A DNA stretch of 64,000 nt, taken from the NCBI RefSeq assembly GCF_009914755.1, contig NC_060947.1. One strand, written 5' to 3'. Of the stretch, positions 54,101 through 64,000 are shown piece after piece. The DNA is from the human T2T-CHM13v2.0 reference genome, Homo sapiens. Position 1 is the stretch's first letter, and the number at the start of each line of letters is the position of its first letter. The notes below the pieces were generated by a model that was not told the DNA's origin, made no database searches, and saw nothing but the letters and a program-made list of their open reading frames with translations. A program made the translations under genes and the position numbers.

Positions 54101-57100
54101 GAAAAGCAAGAGAAAAGATGAATAGAAATAACAGTTGGTTTTGAAAAAAATAAAATTGTCAAACCTTAATTAGACTATGTAAGAAAAAAGAGAAAAGACC
54201 CAAATAAAATTATAAATGAAAGAGGAGAGGGTTTAACCGATATTATAGAGATACAAATGATCATAAGACATTACTAGGAAGAACAGCATGTCAACAAATT
54301 GGGTTATCAACAAGAAACATAAATTTCTAGAAACACACAAGCTACCAAGAATAAATTAAGAAGACATACAAAATCTGAATAAATAATGACTAAAGAGATT
54401 GAATCAGTAATCAAACACCTCCCCCTCAAAAAAAAGTATAGGACAAGATAGCTTCAGTGGTGAATTCTACCAAACACTTAAAGAAAAATTCATCCCAATA
54501 CTTCCAAAACTTAAAAAAAAAATGAGGAGAGTATACTTCAGAGCTCGTTTATGAGGCCAGAATATCCTGATACCAAAATCAGACAAGCACACTACAGTCA
54601 AAGGAAATTTCAGGTCAATATCACTGATAAACATAGATTCAGAAATCCTCAACAAATGCTAGCAAACCAAATTCAACAGCAAATTAAAAGGGTCATACCC
54701 TATGATCAAGTGGGATTTATCACTGGGACAAAAGGGTGGTTCTATATATACAAATCAATAAATGTTATTTATCACATTAACAGAATTAAAGATAAAAGTC
54801 GTATGATCTGCCTCTTTTGAGATCAAAAGAGGCAGAGAAAACATTGGACAAAATTCAACATTTTTTGGTAGCAACTGTCAACAAATTAGGTAAAGAAGGA
54901 ATGTACCTCAACAAAGTAAATACCATAACTGACAAGTGTTCAAGTAACAACATACTCAATAGTGAAAACCTGAAAGTCTTCCTCTGAGATCAAGAACATT
55001 ACAGGGATGTCGACTCTCAAGACTTCTATTCAATATAACATTGGAAGTTCAAGACATAAAATTAGGCAAATTAAGAAATAAAAGCATACAAAGCAGAAAG
55101 GAAGTAGTAAAGTTGTCTCTTTGCTAATCACATGATCTCATATGTGGAAAACACTAAAGACTATTTAAAAAATCTGTAGGAAATTTTGCAGTATATGATC
55201 AACATACAAAGTTGGTAGCATTTCTATACAGTACTAACAAACTCTCTGGGAAAGAAATCAAGAAAACAATCACATTTACTTTTACATAAAAAAATAAAAT
55301 ACTGAAGAATAAATTTAATCAGGAAGGTGAAAGGCCTGTACACTGAAAACTCTAAAATGATAAAAGAAACTCAACAAGACACAAATAAGTGGAAATACAT
55401 CTGTGTTCATCGATGGGAAGTATTAATATTGCTGAAATGTCCATACCACCCAAAGTGGTCTACAGATTCAATGCAATCCCTATCAAAATTCCAATACAAA
55501 TTTTCATGGAAATAAAAACAATAGTCCTAAAATTCATATGGAACCACAAAAGACTCAAGTATCCAAAGCACTCTTGAGAAAAATGAACCAACATGGAGGC
55601 ATCAAAGTACCTGATTTTAAAATATTTTACAAATCTACAGTATCCAGAACAGTATGATATTGATGTAAAAACAGATATATAGACTAATGGAACAGAATAG
55701 AGTCCCAAATCAAATCTACATATTTATAGTCAATTTATCTTTGACAAAGATACCAAGATCATAAGACAGAAAAAAAAGTCTTTAATAAATAATGTTGGAA
55801 AACTGGTGTGAAAAATCCATACGCAGAATAATGAAATGCAACCTTTATCTCATATAATATCAAAAATTAAGTAAAATGAATTAAACAAATATAATAACTG
55901 AAACTGTAAAACTACTGGAAGAAAATATAGGACGAAAGTGTCTTCACATTGATCTGGGCTATGATTTATTGCATATGACACTAAGAACATAGGCAGTGAA
56001 AGTTTAAGTGTATGGAATTGCAGTAAACTAAAATCTTTCTTCACACCAAAGGAAACAACTAATAAAGTGGAGATACAGCATACAGAATGAGAGGAAGTAT
56101 TTACAGATTATACATCTGATAATGAGTTAATATTTAAAATATAAAAGGAACTTAACAGCAAGAAAAACATTACCCATTTTTAATGGGCAAGAGACCTAAA
56201 TAGACATCTATTTAAAAAAGACATATAAATGACCAAGATGTATACAAAAACAATGCTCAACAACACTAACCATCAGGGAAATACAAAATATTATATATCA
56301 TCTTATACCTCTTAGAATGGCTATCATCAAAAAGACAAAAGATAAGTGTGGTAAGGATGTAGAGAAAAGAGAACCCTTGTATACTTACGCTGGGAAAGTA
56401 AATTTTTATAGCCGTTATAAAACACAGTATGGTATTTCCTCAAAAAATTAAAAATAGAGCTGCCATATGATCCAACAATCTTATTTTGGAGTATATAGCC
56501 AAAAGAAATGAAATCAATTATGTGAAAGACATAGCTGCACTCCCATGTTCATTGCAGCAGTATTCACAATAACCAACATATGGAATCACCCTAAATTCCC
56601 ATCAATGGATAAATGAATTAAGAATAACAGATGTACATATATGCACAATAAAATATTATTCAGCCATAAAAAAGGATAAAATCTTATCATTTGCAAAAAC
56701 ATCGATGAACCAGATTATGCTAAGTGAATTAAAACAGGTACAGAAAGACAAATAAATACATATGATGTCACTGATATGTGGACTGAAGTAGATAGAATGG
56801 TTATGTCCTGGTGCTGGGGGCAGTAAGTGAAATGAGAAGATGTTGGTGAAAGGGTACAAAGTTTCAGTTAGGAAGGATGAAGAGGTTCTGTAAAACTAAT
56901 GTACAGCATGTTGACTATAGATAATAATACTGTATTGTGTACTTGAAATTTGCTACAAGAGCATGTTTTAAATGTTCTCCCCACAAAAAAAAACATGTAA
57001 GGTGATTATATGTTAATGAGCTTCATGGTAATTATTTCATAATGTATACATATATCAAAGCATCACATTATACACTGTAAATATATACATTTGTTATTTG

Positions 57101-57135
57101 TTAATTATACGTCAATAAAGCTGGAGGGAGAAAGA
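54101..57135 (+). mobile_element. L1MA (L1MA8/9-like) ORF2 RT through the 3'UTR
   Basis: RT remnant ([24 protein letters not shown] 54551-54820); 3' end 'gtcaataaagctggaggg'. Confidence 0.85.
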
Positions 57136-58934
57136 AAATGATTTCGCAGTGTCAACAGATTGTTCTTGCATAGGAAGTTAGTAACTGTGTAACCATCCTT
57201 AAATATGAAGCAATAAGAATGACAGCATCTTTTCATAAAGTTTGAATAAACACTAAACGGAAGCTTCGGTTCTCTTTCTTTCACTCATTCCTTTGTACCA
57301 CTCTCATCCACATATTATCTTTATTTTTCTCTGTAGACTAACCCATTCGTTAGATGAATATACTTGAATCATAGCCACAGATTTTCTCAGATATACTAGT
57401 GACTATGTAAGACTGTTCTTGCAGGAAAAGAACAAAGTGATGATGAAAAAAACTGTACTTTATTTCACCATTCCAACAATGAATATCTCATTGGCAATGC
57501 CTCAATCAATTCTATTCATATAGTATGTCCTCATCATTCTTCCACAAACAAGAGGGTATTTAAGTCGCATAGGATTACTATGATCTAAATGCCATTGCAC
57601 TTGTGTTGGTAACATACAAAAACATTTTATCACATTTTATGTTATTTGGATGATTTTTCCATGTTTATTTCTAAACAAGTACTGCTAATCTTTATGATAA
57701 TTATATGAAAAATATGATATTTCCTTCCTTTTTTACCATATTATAGTTGGGGTTCCAAAATTAACAGTTTAAGAAAATAATCATACAATTTGAACTCAGC
57801 ATTTTTGCAGGTTAATGAAATAAGTATAACTTACTTGTTTTAGAAATTTTTTGATAAAAATGATAGGATGTGAGCTGCCTTTTTGAGAAAATTCTAGAGT
57901 ATGTAGTTTTCTATTAATATGCTTTACTTAATAACTTTCAATGGTATTCTGCATATGGCACAGCTAAAAGTAAGGCTTCTGCAAATAAATATTTAAGGTT
58001 TTACAGAACTGTACTCAAATTGACAGTGTTTTTATTTCTTTTCAGTTATACCTCAGTGCACTGAGGAAACTGTAATGGGTTACCACCTAGTTTTCCAAAG
58101 CAAAGCAGCTTTTATTTTAATGCCAGTTTTATTGAAAGTGTTTGTAAACAGGGGAATAGTGTGTGTGCATGTATACTTGTGCATAGGCCTGTGCACATTT
58201 GTGTGTGTGCTTCTGTAGTCTATAGCTTATCTCAAGTAGATTCCTTTCCTCAGAAACAATAAAAGTAAAGCAGTGTCTATTAACTTTATCAATGGCTATC
58301 ACCTTGAGCAGTACTGTCCATTGATTTCTATATAGTCTATGCTTTTTACATGAAATCAGGTGTTATTGACCAAAAGGATATAGATTATTTACCACTAGCA
58401 CTGGAATAAATGTAGCAGTCTAATTAGAAATAAAATTATATACTATTTCAGCTAGCCTTTTTAAAACAATGCTTAATTAACAGTCCCATTCTCTAGATAT
58501 TTTACTCACTACGAAAATACAATATACAAATATGTCTTAATTATGTAAATATAATTATGATAATTTAAGATAATAAAAAGCAATTTCAAAATGCTAGAAA
58601 TCAATACTATTTTCAACCTAGGATGCAGACACACACAAACACACACACACATGCACACCTGTAAATCAAGAAACAGATAGAAAAGGAACAATCTAAGGTA
58701 TTAGGAACATATGTGTTGTTTAAGGAGCGATTCTTGAGTCAATATATAAACCAGAAATAGTCCCAATCCTGAAAGTCACGCAGTCTAATGGGAGAATCAA
58801 GTTTTACCTAAATAGATAAATCTATAAAAATTATAAACCTTCACAAATCCAACTTTTTGCAGTAAAGGTATATAGAGAAAGGTCAATAGAACAAGCAGAG
58901 TATAGTAATTTTTATCTAGAAAGACTATTTTTTA

Positions 58935-59960
58935 CTTTTAAATTTGTTCTAATATTTAACTGAAGTACAATATATATAGAAACATGTACAAATCATAAGT
59001 ATACAATTAGATACTATCTTACAAAAATATATGTATGTGCATATATATATATATATATATCCATCCATCATTCGGGCAAAGAAATATATATTTTAGCAGC
59101 ACTGAGGCACATTCAGAATATGACCCTAACCCAAGAATGACAACTATTCTGACTTTTAGCATTACAAAGTAGTTCTCCATTGTTTCAAATTTTACATACA
59201 TTTACATACATACAGAAGAATGGATACATAAGTTTTAGTACATTCAAGTGATGAAAACATCAATGAAAATTACCACTCTAGGAATGAAATGGAAGTCCTA
59301 GGCTATTGAGTATATATTTGGCAATATATTGTAGCTATTGCCAAGCAATTTTCCAAAGTGAATTTACCAATTCATTCTTCCACCAGAACTATAGGAGTGG
59401 TTAGGTTGTATTACATCTGACCAAAACTTGGTACATTCTGCTTTTAAATTTTTAGCCATTATAATAGGTATTTAATCATTTCTCATTTTATTATTTTTTT
59501 TTTTTTTGAGACAATTTCACTCTGCTGCCCAGGGATCTCGGCTCACTGCCACCTCTGCCTCCTGGCTTCAAGCGATTCTTGTACCTCAATCTCCCAAGTA
59601 GCTGGGATTAGAGACATGACACCACTCCCGGCTAATTTTTACAATTTTAATAGAGAGGGGGTTTCGTCATGTGGGCCAGGCTGGTCTCAAATGCCTGGCC
59701 TGAAGTGATCCACCCACCTCAATCTCCCAAAGTGCTGGGATTACAAGCGTGAGCCACCACACCTGGGCCTCATTTTGATTTTAATTAGCATTCCCCTGAT
59801 GACTAATTGACATTGAATACATGTAATATGTTGATTGGTGATTTGGAATCATCTATAGGGAAGAGCTTGTTCAAGTTGCATATCAGTCTTTTATTAAATT
59901 CATTTGAAAGAGTTCATTATATATTTTGGAGGGAAATCACTTCTTGGATACATGTATTGC
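58935..59960 (-). mobile_element. Old L1M 3' region (fragmented)
   Basis: Antisense 3'UTR 'aaacatgtacaaatcataagtataca' and ORF2 end 'ttttccaaagtgaatttaccaattcattcttccaccag'. Confidence 0.65.
59494..59768 (-). mobile_element. AluS with a right-arm deletion
   Basis: Antisense Alu lacking 'gctggagtgcagtggc'. Confidence 0.9.
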
Positions 59961-60229
59961 TAATTTTTATTAGGGGGAATATTAATCTACTGCATGATTC
60001 ACCTTCATACGTTGTCTATCATGCTTTTGTCATATATGCCACCAACTCTCAATTCCATTCCAACATCACATAACTATTAAATCAATCCATATTTTCTCAA
60101 TTGGTTTGCATGCTTCCAGTGCTTTGGTTTTTTACTCTGTTTTGTAGACCATGACAACTTGACTCCTCTTAAACCTTGCTTTCATCATTATACTTTTCAG
60201 CTTAAGAATTTATCAAGGTTGTATTATAA

Positions 60230-60575
60230 GGCCAAGAGATTTCATTGCAGGAGAGGATTGTAAGGATCAAAACAGGTGAGAGAGGGAGCTGTAAGAGGTG
60301 GAAATAGCTGTTATCCCATACTGCATGTTTTCTGCCTATAAAGAGAGAATTAGCTGGGAAGAATCTCAGACTGTAGCAGAAATTTAATAAAATTTGTGTC
60401 AGACTGATACAGATTCCTAGAGTGAAAGTTGCTCTGTTAGATTATAGGGAATGGACCTGCCTCAGTATAGCCATGGATCTCAGGCTTTTGCTGAGAGAAG
60501 CCTATGGGAAGTGTAGCCTTATGCAAACATGGTGGTAGATTTATAGCATAACACTGGGGGTATTCCATCAATCAC
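60230..60575 (-). mobile_element. LTR16A-like ERVL LTR fragment
   Basis: 'gaatctcagactgtagcag...ggaatggacctgcctcagta...gggaagtgtagccttatgcaaacatggtggtagattt'. Confidence 0.6.
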
Positions 60576-60884
60576 ACACACACTTGGGTTGATTTTATGT
60601 CATTACTATTGTGAATAGTGTTTTGATGAACATATGTACACAGTCTATGCTTTTTACATGAAATCAGGTGTTATTGCCCAAGAGAACACAGATGAATCAG
60701 AAGATCCAAAAGCTGCATGTTTATCGTTTCCATGACAAAAAGCTCATTATAAATGATCCGAATAATTTAAAATCCTCAACACTTCACATTCTTGGCCTAT
60801 TTTATAAAGCTTATAAATTGTTATTCTTTTTAACAAAATTCTTGTTTTAATCTTTACTGTGCCTTTCTCCTATTCCTCATTTCC

Positions 60885-62010
60885 TTAGATGCTACTTTTT
60901 AATTTTTAAATTTTGTAGATACATAGTAAGTGTATATTTTTATGGGTATGTGAGGTATTTTGACAGATTTCTTTCTGGGTCTCTCTTCTGATCCATTGAA
61001 CTGACAGACTTTTTATGCCAGTACCATTCTCTTTTGCTTACTATATCTCTGTAGTATAATTTGAAGTCAGGTAATGTGATTCCTATGGTTTTGTTCTTTT
61101 GGCTCAGGATAGTTTTGGCTATTCTAGGTCTTTTGTGGTTCCATATAAATTTTAGGACTTTTTTAAAAAATTTCTGTGAAGAATGTCATTGGTGTTTTGA
61201 TAGGGATTGCATTGAACCTGTAGATTGCTTTAAGGGAGAAGACCACCCCTCATATTGTATTATGCCCAATTTCTGCCTCCAAAGAAAGAAGTAGTAAAAA
61301 CTAAAAGGCAGAAATGAAATCCACAGGCAGATAGCCCAATGCCATGCCCTGGGCCTGGTAGTTAAAAATCAACCCCGACCTGCTTGTGTTATCTATAGAT
61401 TTCAGACATCGTATGGAAAAGCATTGTGAAAATCCCTGTCCTGTTCTGTTCTGTTCTGATTACCGGTGCATGCAGCCCCCAGTCGCGTACCCCTGCTTGC
61501 TCAATCGATCACGACCCTCTCAGGCAGACCCCCTTAGAGTTGCAAGCCCTTAAAAGGGATAGGAATTGCTCACTCGGGGAGCTCGGCTTTTGGGACACAA
61601 GCCTGCCGAAGCTCCTAGCCGAATAAAGCTCCTTCCTTCTTTAACCCTGTGTCTGAGGAGTTTTGTCTGCAGCTCGTCCTGCTACAGCTTTGGGTAACAT
61701 GGACATTGTTAACAATATTGATTCTTCCAATCCATGAACATGACATATCTTTCCTTTTCTGTGACTTCTTCAATGTTTTGCAGTTTTTATTGTAGAGATG
61801 TTTCAATTCTTTGGTTAAGTGTATTCCTATATATTACATTTTCTTTGTATCTATTGTAAATGGAATTACTTTCTTGATTTCTTTTTTAGTTTGTTCACTG
61901 TTGGTATATTAAAATGCTACTAATCTCTGTATGTTGATTTATAATTTTGCAACATTACTGAATTTGTTTTTCAGTTCTCATACTTTTTTGATGTAGCCTT
62001 TAGATTTTGG
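60885..62010 (-). mobile_element. L1MA-type element (3' tip joined to an ORF2 fragment), interrupted by LTR2
   Basis: 'ttttgtagatacatagtaagtgtatatttttatggg' then 'ttgaagtcaggtaatgtgattcc'. Confidence 0.75.
61231..61686 (+). mobile_element. LTR2 solo LTR (HERV-E/Harlequin, ERV1)
   Basis: 'taagggagaagaccacccctcatattg...ctcgtcctgctaca'; 4-bp TSD gctt at 61227-61230 and 61687-61690; AATAAA at 61622. Confidence 0.93.
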
Positions 62011-62670
62011 AAATGCAATCCCCAATGATTTGTGGTGGAGTCTGGTGGAAGGTGGGGATGGTGTATGGGCCATGGGGCAGATTCCTTGTGAATGACTTGC
62101 TGCCATCCTCAAATATTCCTTTATAGCTATGTAAGCTAATTAACACAGGCTCACCCATCCAGGATCTCCCCCACCAAAGCTAGCATCTGCCCGCACATGC
62201 CAGCTGTGGGCCTGGACACTGGCCTGCCAACAACATTGCAGCCACCACCAATACCAGTGCACACTGCTTAGGACCATGCTGCTATTTCCATCACCCATGC
62301 CACATCTGCTGTCCAGGGACCTGAAAACCCACCTGACCTTTCCAACAAATGAAAATCTAACACAAAATACCAAAACCAACGGTATATAGAAAAAACAGTA
62401 TGAAGGGAAAGTTTACAGCAAAAAGCACCTTCCTCACAAAAGCAGAAATATTTCAAATAAGTAACCTAATTATGAGCCTCAAGGAGCTATTAAAGTAAAA
62501 ATAAGCTAAATCCAAGATTAGAAGAAAAAATAATAAAAGTTAGATAAGAACTAAAGGAAATAGAGATTAAGCAATACCAAAAGTAAACAAGACAAACAAA
62601 AAATTTTTAAGACAAACAAGATGAATAAACTCAGTTAGACTAACTAAAAAAAGAACAAAGATGCCAATAA
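62010..62670 (+). mobile_element. Patchwork: MST LTR fragment, L1 5'UTR-like fragment and L1 ORF2 fragment
   Basis: MST-like 62010-62110; GC-rich L1 5'UTR-like 62145-62340; ORF2-like 62345-62670. Confidence 0.55.
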
Positions 62671-62671
62671 A

Positions 62672-64000
62672 AGTCAGGATAATGTTGGCCTCATAGAATG
62701 AGTAGGGAAGGAGTCCCTCCTGCTCAATTGTTTAGAATAGTTTCAGTAGGAATGGTACCAGCTCTTCCTTATACATATGGTAGATTTTGGCTGTAAAACC
62801 ATCTGGTCTTGGGCTTTTTCTGGTTGGTACACTTTTAATTATTGACTCAATTTTGGAACTTATTTTGGTCGGTTCAAGAATTCAATTTATTCTTGATTCA
62901 ATTTTTGGAGATTGTATGTTTCCAGGAATATATTTATTTCTTCTGGGTTTTCTAGCTTGTGTGAATAGAGGTGTTCATAATAGTCTCTGAGTGATTTCTG
63001 TATTTCTGTGGTAACATCTCCGTTCATTTATGATTATGTTTACTTAGATCCTCTCTGTCTTTTTATGTCTAGCTAGGGATTTATCCATCTTACTAATTCT
63101 TTCAAAAAGAAGCTGCTGGATTTACTAATCTTTTGTATAGTTTTTACATCTCCATTTCCTTCAGTACAGCCCTGATTTTAGTTATTTCTTGTCTTTTGCT
63201 AACCTTGGGGTTAGTTTGCTCTTGTTTTTCCAGTTCCTATAAGTATGATTTTAAGTTGCGAATTTCAAACCTTTCTAACTTTTTGATGTGGACATTTAGT
63301 ACTGTAAACTTCCCAACACTGCTTTGGCTGTGTCCTGGAGAATCTAATATGTTGTATCTTTGTTTTCATTAGTTTCAAAGAATCTCTCGATTTCTGCCTT
63401 AATTTTATTCTTTACTCAATAGTCATTTGGGAGCATATTGTTTAATTTCCATACAACTGTATGGTTTTTGGTAATTTTCTTAGTATTGGTTTTTATTTTA
63501 ATTGCACTATTGTTTGAGAATGTGGTTTGTATGATTTCAGGATTTTTTGAATTTGCAGAAGTTTGTTTTATGCCAATTATGTGGTGAATTTTAGAGTATA
63601 TGGCATGTGTATATGAGAAGAATATATATTCTGCTGTTCTTGGGTGGAGAGTTATTTAGACGTCTTTTAGGTCCATTTGCTCAAGTGTCGGGTTCATGTC
63701 CTGAATATTGTTAGTTTTCTGCCTCCATTATGTGTCTAATACTGGCATGTGGCCATCTCCCACTATTACGGTGTGGTTTATCTAGCACTCTTCATAAGTC
63801 TCCAGGAACTTCCTTTGTATATCTGGGTGCTTCTCTGTTGGCTGCATATGTTAGAATAATTAGGTCCTGTTGTTGAATTGAGCCTTTTTACCACTATATA
63901 ATGCCCTTCTTTATATTTTTCTATCTTTGTTGGCTTAGTCTGTTTTGTCTGAAATTAGAATAACAGCCTCTGCCTTTTTAAGTTTTTCATTTGCTTGGTA
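62672..64000 (-). mobile_element. L1PA-type ORF2 (EN-linker region), running off the window
   Basis: 'ggcctcatagaatgagtaggg...gtttcagtaggaatggtaccagctc', 'ttttgtctgaaattagaataac'. Confidence 0.85.

Noticed and set aside
58051-58066. Perfect 16-bp palindrome cctcagtgcactgagg just after an acceptor-like ttttcag
   Set aside because: About one palindrome with 8-bp arms is expected by chance in 64 kb; no matching donor or ORF was found

Overview
This is AT-rich primate genomic DNA, probably human or great ape: it carries an L1PA2-type 3' end and an AluYd-lineage Alu. Roughly three quarters of the window, by eye, is interspersed repeat. That includes nested LINE-1 copies of many ages, eight Alus, MaLR/ERVL/ERV1/ERVK LTRs and proviral remnants, DNA transposons (MER47A, MER1A, MER5, MER81), old L2/L3/HAL1 relics and microsatellites. 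No protein-coding exon, RNA gene or CRISPR array can be supported; the ORF track is L1/Alu/ERV-derived or spurious. I do not see a convincing novel biological system. The best leads are (1) a non-repetitive island at about 20.9-22.2 kb with promoter and splice-donor signals on the minus strand, next to an Alu whose CpGs are anomalously preserved; (2) a TSD-less L1PA5-like insertion that fuses two truncated elements (candidate L1-mediated deletion); (3) a 35-bp exact copy of unique sequence 2.3 kb away at a rearrangement junction; (4) an ERVL-class provirus with an unexplained 3' region; and (5) several patchwork junctions suggesting a deletion-prone locus. Repeat subfamily names come from recalled consensus sequences and need RepeatMasker/Dfam confirmation; boundaries of old elements are approximate.
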